10,874 bases of DNA from Fidelibacterota bacterium (GCA_046861645.1 JBHHUM010000071.1:1-10874), one strand, 5' to 3'. Shown: positions 1 through 7,770, counted from the stretch's first letter. Numbers and translations: made by a program. The notes: generated by a model from the sequence alone, not told the origin.

Positions 1-728
1 ATTCCTTCCTTTCCGACGATATAGAATTCAGAAAACTGGCTGAGGAAAAAGGCGTACACATTCGAGATTTACGTAAACCTCCTAATCCATTGCCGTTTTC
101 CAAAGGATCGTGGCAGACCCGGAAAACCCCCGTCCTTCTTACTGTCGGTACCGATTGTGATACAGGCAAAATGACTGCCGCTTGGGAGTTGAAACAAGAA
201 CTCAATACCAGAGATATTATAGCAGCTTTTGTAGGGACAGGTCAGACTGGAATTCTTCTGGGAGGATTTGGAGTGGCGGTAGATGCTGTCGTAAGCGATT
301 TTGTGGCTGGAGCCATCGAAACTGAAGTTGATAAAGCTGCAGAAGAAAGTGATATTGTCATCGTGGAAGGACAGGGAAGTGTTACCCATATGGCATATTC
401 AGGCGTCACTGTAGGACTTCTGCATGGTTGCATGCCGGAAATGATTCTTCTTTGTCACGAACCTGACCGCAAATTAGACACTTTCGATTATCCCATGGCA
501 TCCTTTGACATGATTCTGAATCTTTATTTAAAGTTAGTAGAGCCGTTCCGACCAACGGAATTGATGGGAATCAGTTTAATGACGTCACTTTTAGATGATG
601 CTACTGCAGCTAGAAAAGTATCAGAATATGAGGAGCACTTCAATGTTCCGGTATCCGATCCAATCCGATTTGGGATGGATAGAATTGCTGAAAACATAGT
701 CGGTTGGCTGACAAATCGGAACCAATAG
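1..728 (+). CDS. DUF1611 family P-loop protein (DgcN-like, putative D-glutamate N-acetyltransferase), 5'-truncated by the window edge
   Basis: The frame of ORF 90..728 is open back to base 3 (SFLSDDIEFRKLAEEKGVHIRDLRKPP). It carries DUF1611 motifs VGTDCDTGKMT, GTGQTGI, DAVVSDFVAGA, VEGQGS and LLHGCMP, and lies next to a dipeptide epimerase gene, the usual partner of this family. Confidence 0.9.
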   Translation, partial: SFLSDDIEFRKLAEEKGVHIRDLRKPPNPLPFSKGSWQTRKTPVLLTVGTDCDTGKMTAAWELKQELNTRDIIAAFVGTGQTGILLGGFGVAVDAVVSDFVAGAIETEVDKAAEESDIVIVEGQGSVTHMAYSGVTVGLLHGCMPEMILLCHEPDRKLDTFDYPMASFDMILNLYLKLVEPFRPTELMGISLMTSLLDDATAARKVSEYEEHFNVPVSDPIRFGMDRIAENIVGWLTNRNQ

Positions 729-821
729 CTCAGGTTTTGTATTTTTGTGTGATCTACAAATTACTTGATTAACGTGATTTTATGTCAAAGTACTTATTTA
801 TATCCTTGAATCTGGTAAATC

Positions 822-904
822 CCTGCCTGCTGATAGCAGGTTTAGATGTTCTCTTTCTATTCCATTTCATCATTGTAAGGATTACCCACCTACTAACATG
901 CAGG
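822..904. repeat. Two degenerate copies of a short CCTGCC...GCAGG palindromic (REP-like) unit
   Basis: cctgcctgctgatagcagg (822-840, with hairpin cctgct/agcagg) and cccacctactaacatgcagg (885-904) align to each other with almost only transition differences. Confidence 0.45.
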
Positions 905-1049
905 CATCACTTTTTAATCGGTGGATAGAGAAGAACCCTTTGTCCTTGTAAGCCGATGGGGGAGACGTAACGACTGCTTGTGAACGGGGGTGAGTTTACT
1001 TGAACAAACCTGTCAGCTCTACTGAAGCAGTACCCTTAATGTCTAAGGC

Positions 1050-1079
1050 TGGACTTTTTCCTCTTGGAACCCCTACATT
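1050..1079 (+). promoter_or_regulatory. Putative sigma70-type promoter for a probably leaderless epimerase mRNA
   Basis: TGGACT (1050-1055), an 18-nt spacer, then TACATT (1074-1079). The ATG at 1086 follows after 6 nt with no Shine-Dalgarno sequence. Confidence 0.45.
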
Positions 1080-1085
1080 CCGATA

Positions 1086-2132
1086 ATGGAATTCCACTAC
1101 TCCACCTATCGTATCCGGCTAAGGCACACTTTTACCATTGCACGCAGCTCTCACGACTACTACAATATCATCTTTGTTTATCTTACGAAAGGTGGTGTTA
1201 CGGGAGTGGGAGAAGCTGTTCCGATGGACCGTTATGGAGAACCATTCAAGCGGCTGCTGAAACTGGCCATGACTTTTGACATAAGTGACGTGGATACGTT
1301 CGGATCGTTAGACAACTGGCTCGATCAACTTCTACCGAAAGCAGAAGGTAGCCATTCGTTTTCTATGGCCATTGATACGGCAGCCCATGACCTATGGGGG
1401 AAGCTCCATGGCGAACCTCTTTATGATCATCTTGGCGCTCCACCCAAGAAGACTCCTCTTACCTCTTTCACTATTGGCATTGATAACATTAACGTTATCC
1501 GTCAAAAAGTGATTGAAGCAGAACAATATCCTATCTTGAAGGTCAAACTAGGAACGAAGGACGATCGAGACATCATAAACGCCATCCGAAATTGTACTGA
1601 CAAGGTGATTAGAGTGGATGCTAACGAAGGGTGGAACCTGAAGACAGCTGTGGAAATGTGTGACTGGTTGACAAAGCAAAATGTAGAATTTGTCGAACAA
1701 CCACTTCCTGCCTCTGATCTGGAAGCAACTGCCCGCCTGAAAGAGCAGTCACCTCTGAAGATCATTGCTGATGAGAACTGTCTCGACTCACGGGATATTC
1801 CTGTCATCGCCGATGCCTTTCATGGGATTAATATTAAGCTGATGAAGTGTGGAGGTGTGAGAGAGGGATACAAGATGGTGCAGATGGCCAGGGAGAGGGG
1901 ATTGGAGATCATGCTGGGATGTATGATCGAAACCTCTGTGGCTATTACAGCGGCGACTCATCTTTCACCGCTGGTTGATTACGCTGACCTTGATGGACAC
2001 ATCCTGATCAGCAATGATCCCTACCAAGGTGTAAAAATAGATGAGGGGAAGCTGATTATACCCAACGGCCCCGGTCTAGGAATCTCTTTGCGTGATCAAG
2101 TAACTGAACCAATAGAGGAAGCTGTGGCATGA
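1086..2132 (+). CDS. Dipeptide epimerase, enolase superfamily (L-Ala-D/L-Glu epimerase or DgcA-like N-acetyl-D-Glu racemase)
   Basis: 348 aa with N-terminal FTIARSS and GVGEA, catalytic KxK (LKVKLG), metal ligands VDANEGW, EQP and ADE, a second Lys in INIKLMKCGG, and the DLD motif typical of dipeptide epimerases. Confidence 0.92.
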   Translation: MEFHYSTYRIRLRHTFTIARSSHDYYNIIFVYLTKGGVTGVGEAVPMDRYGEPFKRLLKLAMTFDISDVDTFGSLDNWLDQLLPKAEGSHSFSMAIDTAAHDLWGKLHGEPLYDHLGAPPKKTPLTSFTIGIDNINVIRQKVIEAEQYPILKVKLGTKDDRDIINAIRNCTDKVIRVDANEGWNLKTAVEMCDWLTKQNVEFVEQPLPASDLEATARLKEQSPLKIIADENCLDSRDIPVIADAFHGINIKLMKCGGVREGYKMVQMARERGLEIMLGCMIETSVAITAATHLSPLVDYADLDGHILISNDPYQGVKIDEGKLIIPNGPGLGISLRDQVTEPIEEAVA

Positions 2133-2536
2133 AGATTCTCAGTATTGAACATATTGGAATTGCAGTGGAATCACTGGACGAATCAGCGCCATTCTGGCGG
2201 GAGATACTGGGAATCCAACAACAGACTACCGAGGCAGTGGAGTCAGAAGGTGTTGTTACTGATATCTACAATACGGGTAGTGGAAAAGTGGAGCTCCTCA
2301 CAGCCCTGGGAGAGGATTCTCCAATTGCGAAATTTCTGAATAAGCGCGGACCAGGTATTCACCACATCTGCCTGCAGGTGGACGACATTCGTGGAGCAAT
2401 CACTGAACTTAAAATAGCAGGTGTGGAGCTGGTTAATGACGAGCCCAGTATTGGTGCAGAGGGATATCTGGTGGCATTTGTACATCCCCGCAGTGCGGGA
2501 GGAGTTTTAGTGGAGTTGGCGGAGAAGAGAGAGTAA
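2129..2536 (+). CDS. mce: Methylmalonyl-CoA epimerase (VOC family)
   Basis: 135 aa with IEHIGIAV, KVELL, SPIAKFLNKRGPGIHHICLQVDDI and AFVHPRSAGGVLVEL. It has a 4-nt ATGA overlap with the upstream gene. Confidence 0.9.
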   Translation: MKILSIEHIGIAVESLDESAPFWREILGIQQQTTEAVESEGVVTDIYNTGSGKVELLTALGEDSPIAKFLNKRGPGIHHICLQVDDIRGAITELKIAGVELVNDEPSIGAEGYLVAFVHPRSAGGVLVELAEKRE

Positions 2537-2558
2537 TCAGTAGATAGAATTTATCAAA

Positions 2559-2687
2559 AACCTGTCAGGCCAGCCTACCCGACAGATTGCAGTCGGGCCT
2601 GCCCCATCCCGAAGTTTCGGGAGGGCTGGCAGGTAGCCTTGTTCGTGCCTGTCCCGTAAGGAGGTACGACTGTAGCGAGGTCAGGTT
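2559..2687. repeat. GC-rich cluster of nested inverted repeats (REP/MITE-like element or structured RNA)
   Basis: Six mutually compatible stems can be read directly from the sequence. GC is 76/120 in 2561-2680, between AT-rich flanks. Confidence 0.6.
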
Positions 2688-2934
2688 GAAAACTTATTTA
2701 CGGCAATATAAATGAAGGTTCTTCACCGAATTGTGTGGGTAACTGAAAAGATAAGTTGAAAATTATCTTCCAACAGGATTTCTGTGGACTTTTTTGTTTT
2801 CTCTTCGTGAAACTTCGCGAACTTGGCGGCTGATGAATTAAACAGGTGAAAGAGTAAACAGTTCAAAAATAGACTCAGTATACAACATGACATCTTTTGG
2901 CTACTCCCGTTAGGGTTAACTAAATTTGAACACT

Positions 2935-3870
2935 GTGAGTTCGAAAAGTATATGTATTATCGGTCCCACTTCTGCCGGCAAAACCGGTGTTGCCATTGAG
3001 GTAGCCAAACATCTTGGTGGCGAGGTGATTGGACTTGATTCCCGCCAAATCTACTATCATATGACCGTCGGTACCGCCCAGCCATCGAACCAGGAAAGGG
3101 AGGGGATACCTCATCACTTATATAGCATCCGTGATCCCGCTCAGCTTATCTCAGCAGGAGAGTATAGTCATCTCGTAGAAGAGAAGATCGAGGAGATCAA
3201 GTCACGAGGGAATCTTCCCATCATCTGCGGTGGGAGTGGACTCTACTTTCGTGCGCTCACTAAGGGAATATTTGAAGATAGCACGACAGACTTAAAAGTT
3301 AGAAAGAAGTTGATAAGACGGCTGGAGAAGGAAGGTGCTGAAGTTCTTTTAGCTGAGCTAAAGAAAGTAGATCCGGAGTACGCTGAGATCGTTCATCCCA
3401 ACAATCACAAACGGCTGATCAGAGCATTGGAAATCCTCGAGGCGACGGGTTTGCCTCCTACAGAACATTACCGCCATCAGGAAGAGGTAAGATCAGATTT
3501 TGTTTCACTGTTCGTGACTTACCTCCGTCCCGAGATGGAGTGGCTGGAAGATCGGATCCGTCACCGTACAGATGAGATGCTGGCTGCCGGCTGGGTGGAT
3601 GAAGTGAAAGCGTTACTTGAAATGGGAATCCCCAGAGATGCCCATCCCATGGATAGTGTAGGGTATCACGAGATTATGACTCATCTTGACGGTGAGATGA
3701 AATACGGGGAAATGGTATCGCAGATCAATCTGAAAACTCGTCAGTACGCCAAGAAGCAGTTTACCTGGTTTAACAAAGAAAAGGTTGATTATGTATGTCA
3801 AATCTCCAATGATAAGGATCTCAGAGAAGCTCCTATCCATATTGAGCAGATGTACAGAAATAGCCATTAA
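2935..3870 (+). CDS. miaA: tRNA (adenosine(37)-N6)-dimethylallyltransferase
   Basis: Motifs IIGPTSAGKT, DSRQIY, GTAQPS, IPHHL, PIICGGSGLY, RLIRALE and TRQYAKKQFTWF. I prefer GTG 2935 as the start over TTG 2926, because the TTG overlaps a candidate -10 box (TAAATT 2921-2926); the start is uncertain. Confidence 0.96.
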   Translation: MSSKSICIIGPTSAGKTGVAIEVAKHLGGEVIGLDSRQIYYHMTVGTAQPSNQEREGIPHHLYSIRDPAQLISAGEYSHLVEEKIEEIKSRGNLPIICGGSGLYFRALTKGIFEDSTTDLKVRKKLIRRLEKEGAEVLLAELKKVDPEYAEIVHPNNHKRLIRALEILEATGLPPTEHYRHQEEVRSDFVSLFVTYLRPEMEWLEDRIRHRTDEMLAAGWVDEVKALLEMGIPRDAHPMDSVGYHEIMTHLDGEMKYGEMVSQINLKTRQYAKKQFTWFNKEKVDYVCQISNDKDLREAPIHIEQMYRNSH

Positions 3871-3964
3871 TGAAACTACCCCTGGCAGATCAATGAGGTG
3901 AAAGTTATACTACTTAAAACTTTTTGAAACCCCCATGAGCTGTCTTAAGTTCCTGTCGGTTTAT

Positions 3965-4002
3965 CGGTCCTTTAAACCGTTCCAGAGAGAAGGTAAGGAC
4001 TG
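3965..4002 (+). promoter_or_regulatory. PyrR-binding RNA leader (binding loop / anti-antiterminator)
   Basis: Stem cggtcctt (3965-3972) pairs with aaggactg (3995-4002). It contains the PyrR-site hallmarks CCTTTAA and TCCAGAGAG, and lies directly upstream of pyrR-pyrB-pyrC. Confidence 0.85.
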
Positions 4003-4033
4003 TTTCAATGATCTTTAGGGTAGCAAAGGCAAT

Positions 4034-4056
4034 CCTCCTTCTCCAGGAGGTTTTTT
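4034..4056 (+). terminator. Attenuator hairpin with U-tract that also contains the pyrR Shine-Dalgarno sequence
   Basis: cctcct (4034-4039), loop tctcc, aggagg (4045-4050), then tttttt (4051-4056) immediately before ATG 4057. Confidence 0.7.
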
Positions 4057-4605
4057 ATGAATTTGAGCGGAAATAAAACTGAAGTTGTCAATCGTGAAGG
4101 TATAGAGAAAGCCTTATTACGGATAGCTCATGAAATTCTTGAACAGTCTAGTGAACCGAAAAATTTAGCCCTTATCGGTATCCGTACACGAGGTGAATTT
4201 ATTGCTAAACGCTTAGCGGTCAATATCAGCAAGATATCTGGGCTTGAATTACCGGTAGGATTCCTCGGGGTCACGTTCTATAGGGACGATTTTCGTGAGC
4301 GTCTGGCTGCACCGGAAGTTAAAGGTACAGATATTTCCTTCAGCATTGATGGACTTACCATAATCTTAGCTGATGATGTTCTTTATTCTGGACGTACAGT
4401 TCGAGCAGCCCTATCAGAAATCATAGATTTAGGCCGGCCTAACCAGATCATGTTAGCTGTCTTAGTGGATCGTGGTCATAGAGAAATGCCCATAAAAGCT
4501 GATTTTGTAGGAAAGAATGTACCCACCGCTGATAACGAACATGTATATGTCAGACTTGAAGAAGTTGATAGTGAGGATGCCATCTACCTGGAGAAATTTG
4601 ACTAA
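4057..4605 (+). CDS. pyrR: Bifunctional pyr operon regulator / uracil phosphoribosyltransferase
   Basis: Motifs RIAHEILE, LIGIRTRG, TFYRDD, the PRPP loop DDVLYSGRTVRAAL, and LAVLVDRGHREMPIKADFVGKNVPT. Confidence 0.97.
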   Translation: MNLSGNKTEVVNREGIEKALLRIAHEILEQSSEPKNLALIGIRTRGEFIAKRLAVNISKISGLELPVGFLGVTFYRDDFRERLAAPEVKGTDISFSIDGLTIILADDVLYSGRTVRAALSEIIDLGRPNQIMLAVLVDRGHREMPIKADFVGKNVPTADNEHVYVRLEEVDSEDAIYLEKFD

Positions 4606-5546
4606 TGGGTAGCCTTCATCATAGACACCTTTTAGGGTTAGCTGGTTTTCCTCGTGAAGACATTAAAATCCTTATTGACACCGCTTTCACTTTTCGGGAA
4701 GTTTTGGATAGACCCATTAAAAAAGTACCCACATTACAAGGTAAAACGGTAGTAAATCTCTTCTTTGAACCTTCAACTCGAACACGTATCTCCTTCGAGT
4801 TGGCTCAAAAAAGGCTTTCTGCCGATACTGTAAATTTTTCAGCATCTACCAGCAGTTTGAAGAAAGGGGAGAGCTTTAAAGATACTGCGCAGAATATTGA
4901 AGCAATGAAAATTGATGCCATTGTTATGCGCCATCCAGTTCCCGGTGCTCCTCTACATCTGACACAGTTTGTCGATGCAATAGTTATTAATGCTGGTGAT
5001 GGTACCCATGAGCACCCTACTCAGGGTTTGCTAGATATGATGAGTTTGGTGGAAACGTTCGGAAAACTCCAAGGATTAAAAGTTGCTATTATCGGTGATA
5101 TCAGACATAGTCGAGTAGCTATGTCTAATATCCATGGGTTACTTACTATGGGTGCCGCTGTTACACTTTGCGGTCCTCCAACTCTGATGCCAGTTAATAT
5201 TGAGGAACTTGGAGTGGAAGTAAATTTTAACATTGATGAAGTGCTCAGGTGGGTCGATGCAGTAAATGTCCTACGGATTCAACGAGAGCGGCAGGGGGTA
5301 CACTATATTCCATCCATAAGAGAGTATCGTACTCTCTATGGTATTACCCGTGAAAGAATAGAAGCACTAGATAAAGAGATAACCATAATGCATCCGGGTC
5401 CGATGAATCGAGGTGTAGAGATTGACAGTGATATTGCCGATAGTGAGAATGCTATTATACTGGATCAGGTACTGAATGGAGTTGCGATCCGTATGTCTGT
5501 TTTGTATCACCTTCTAGGTGAAAAACCTGATGAGGCTAACACATGA
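4605..5546 (+). CDS. pyrB: Aspartate carbamoyltransferase catalytic subunit
   Basis: Motifs FFEPSTRTRISFE, KGES, INAGDGTHEHPTQGLLD, GDIRHSRVA, LRIQRER and MHPGPMNRGVEI. It has a TAATG overlap with pyrR. Confidence 0.98.
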   Translation: MGSLHHRHLLGLAGFPREDIKILIDTAFTFREVLDRPIKKVPTLQGKTVVNLFFEPSTRTRISFELAQKRLSADTVNFSASTSSLKKGESFKDTAQNIEAMKIDAIVMRHPVPGAPLHLTQFVDAIVINAGDGTHEHPTQGLLDMMSLVETFGKLQGLKVAIIGDIRHSRVAMSNIHGLLTMGAAVTLCGPPTLMPVNIEELGVEVNFNIDEVLRWVDAVNVLRIQRERQGVHYIPSIREYRTLYGITRERIEALDKEITIMHPGPMNRGVEIDSDIADSENAIILDQVLNGVAIRMSVLYHLLGEKPDEANT

Positions 5547-6829
5547 AAATCAAACGCCTACCCAGACTCCTGAAAATTACCAATTGTACTGTACTTGATC
5601 CTTTTCTTAACAATGAGTTTACCGGTGAAATTCTGTTAAAGAACGGAAAGATAGAGGAAATAAATAAGAGTATTCATGCTGAAAGAGCGGAAATTATTAA
5701 TGTAAATAATGCTATAGTGACGCATGGTTTCTGTGATATTCATGCTCATTTCCGCGAACCGGGACGGGAAGACAAAGAGACATTGGAAACTGGATCAAGG
5801 GCTGCCGTTGCAGGAGGTTATACGACTGTATGTGTAATGCCTAATACCGATCCTCCATTGGACAGTCCAGAAGCTTTACGTTTTATTGCTGAGCAAGCTG
5901 CTCGTCTACCTATCCAATTGCATCCATTAGGTGCAGTTACAGTCAATTTAGTAGGGAAAGAAATTACTGAAATGGGTAAGATGGTTAATGCTGGAGCAGT
6001 TGCTTTTTCTGATGATGGTATCCCCATCCAGAATGGTGGAGTAATGCGCAGGGCATTGGAATATTGTCAGCAGTTTTCTGTTCCCATTATTAACCATGCT
6101 GAAGATATTAATCTACGCAGGGGCGGTCACATGCATGAAGGAGGATGGTCTACTCGCCTTGGCTTGGCTGGTGTTCCCGATATTAGCGAATCGGTAATGG
6201 TAGAGAGGGATTTACAGATTGCCGGATTTACCGGAGGTAGATTACACATACCTCATGTAAGCTCGGAGAAGTCAGTTATGGCTATTCGTTTAGCTAAAGA
6301 GCAAGGAATTCATGTCACTGCGGAAGTAACTCCCCACCATCTCTATTTTAATGATTCTGCTTTACAAGATTATAACACTAATCTGAAAGTAGCTCCTCCC
6401 ATAAGGTGCGAATCAGATCGAGTGGCTTTACTTGAAGGACTTCTTGAGGGTACTCTTGATTGCGTTGCTACAGATCATGCTCCCCATACTGTAGAGGAAA
6501 AGGAGAGCCCTTTTGAGTGGGCACCTTGTGGTATGATTGGTCTGGAGAGTGCCTTTGGTGCGGTGTGGAAGATTCTCTCAACTAAGGGTGCAACTCTCCT
6601 TGAAGTCATAAGAAAGTTTACGGTTTTGCCTAGACAGATTATGGGGTTTGATCAAAATCTTTTTCAGAAGGGGAAAGAAGCCGAGCTAATTTTTATTGAT
6701 CCAACTATAGATTGGACTTTTAACCTTGATAATATTTACTCCAAGTCCAGAAATTCTCCTTTTGTAGGAGAAGAATTAAGGGGAAGAATAAATGGGGTAG
6801 TATCTCGTGGAAGATTTATTGAGTTGTAA
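5543..6829 (+). CDS. pyrC: Dihydroorotase (long, type I)
   Basis: 428 aa with DIHAHFREPG, MPNTDPP, FSDDG, HAED, HIPHVS, AEVTPHHL and ATDHAPH, so the metal ligands look intact. It has an ATGA overlap with pyrB. Confidence 0.96.
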   Translation: MKIKRLPRLLKITNCTVLDPFLNNEFTGEILLKNGKIEEINKSIHAERAEIINVNNAIVTHGFCDIHAHFREPGREDKETLETGSRAAVAGGYTTVCVMPNTDPPLDSPEALRFIAEQAARLPIQLHPLGAVTVNLVGKEITEMGKMVNAGAVAFSDDGIPIQNGGVMRRALEYCQQFSVPIINHAEDINLRRGGHMHEGGWSTRLGLAGVPDISESVMVERDLQIAGFTGGRLHIPHVSSEKSVMAIRLAKEQGIHVTAEVTPHHLYFNDSALQDYNTNLKVAPPIRCESDRVALLEGLLEGTLDCVATDHAPHTVEEKESPFEWAPCGMIGLESAFGAVWKILSTKGATLLEVIRKFTVLPRQIMGFDQNLFQKGKEAELIFIDPTIDWTFNLDNIYSKSRNSPFVGEELRGRINGVVSRGRFIEL

Positions 6830-6872
6830 TAAGGTAGTATATAAATAAACTATTTTTCTTATACTTATTTTC

Positions 6873-6901
6873 TTGCTTACACTTATTGATAAAAGTAAAT
6901 T
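6873..6901 (+). promoter_or_regulatory. Putative sigma70 promoter of the rplM operon
   Basis: TTGCTT (6873-6878), a 17-nt spacer, then TAAATT (6896-6901), with a very AT-rich upstream tract. Confidence 0.6.
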
Positions 6902-6916
6902 TCTATGCTTTAACAA

Positions 6917-7354
6917 ATGGCAACAATGAAGACATACTCTGCAAAGAAAGAAGAAATAAAAAAGGAATGGTACGTCATAAATGCTGAAGGGCAAATACTG
7001 GGACGTTTAGCTAGTAAAATTGCCCAGTTACTACGGGGTAAGCATAAATCTGAGTTTACTCCTCATGTTGATATGGGTGATTATGTAATTGTGGTAAACG
7101 CAGAGAAAATCAGAGTTAGTGGTAATAAGGAAAAACAGAAGGAATATTTCAAGCATTCTGGTTATCCAGGTGGTTCTAAAATATTTAATCTGCATTACCT
7201 TAGACGAAACCATCCTGAGAGGATTATTCAAAATGCTGTTAAGGGTATGTTACCTCATAATCGCTTAGGTAGAAAGATTTTTAAGCAGTTAAAAGTATAT
7301 GCAGGTCCTCATCATCCTCATGAAGCTCAGAATCCGCAGGTAATGGAGCTATAA
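6917..7354 (+). CDS. rplM: 50S ribosomal protein L13
   Basis: Motifs [40 protein letters not shown] and AVKGMLPHN. An alternative start is ATG 6926 (MKTYSAK). Confidence 0.98.
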   Translation: MATMKTYSAKKEEIKKEWYVINAEGQILGRLASKIAQLLRGKHKSEFTPHVDMGDYVIVVNAEKIRVSGNKEKQKEYFKHSGYPGGSKIFNLHYLRRNHPERIIQNAVKGMLPHNRLGRKIFKQLKVYAGPHHPHEAQNPQVMEL

Positions 7355-7358
7355 CGTT

Positions 7359-7757
7359 TTGGCAACCAGTAGTACTGTTTATTCAGCAGTAGGCAAAAGA
7401 AAAACATCTGTAGCTCGTATCCGTCTTTTCCCCGGTAAAGGTAAAATTACGGTGAACCGACGGGAGTTTGAGACATATTTCACAAGAGTTTCCAATCAAA
7501 TTCAAATTCGTGAACCCTTAACGATTCTGAAATTAGATACAAAATATGATGTGATTGCGAATGTTAACGGTGGGGGATTATCCGGTCAGGCAGGTGCGAT
7601 ACGACATGGAATATCTAAGGCATTATTAAACGTAAGTATTGATTATAAAACAACACTTAAAAAAGCCGGATTATTAACTCGAGATGCTCGTAAGAAGGAG
7701 CGGAAAAAGTATGGTTTACGTGGCGCCAGGAAAGCCTTTCAATTTTCTAAAAGATGA
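7359..7757 (+). CDS. rpsI: 30S ribosomal protein S9
   Basis: Motifs [24 protein letters not shown] and [13 protein letters not shown]...QFSKR. TTG start, with GGAG at 7345-7348. Confidence 0.98.
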   Translation: MATSSTVYSAVGKRKTSVARIRLFPGKGKITVNRREFETYFTRVSNQIQIREPLTILKLDTKYDVIANVNGGGLSGQAGAIRHGISKALLNVSIDYKTTLKKAGLLTRDARKKERKKYGLRGARKAFQFSKR

Positions 7758-7770
7758 TTGGAGTTTACGA

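Noticed and set aside
729..2925. CRISPR array, tRNA or known riboswitch in the two long spacers
   Set aside because: There are no regularly spaced identical repeats, no cloverleaf with a T-arm motif, and no riboswitch consensus that I can recognise by eye. An Rfam scan would be needed to exclude these fully.
5543..6829. Possible inactive PyrC' scaffold subunit
   Set aside because: The HxH motif, the Asp of SDDG, the two further His residues and the catalytic Asp in TDHAPH are all present.
7684..7770. 29-aa N-terminal extension of RpsB overlapping rpsI in the ORF track
   Set aside because: S2 homology starts at about VTFEDLL, and GTG 7771 has a well-spaced GGAG. The extension is a longest-ORF artefact.
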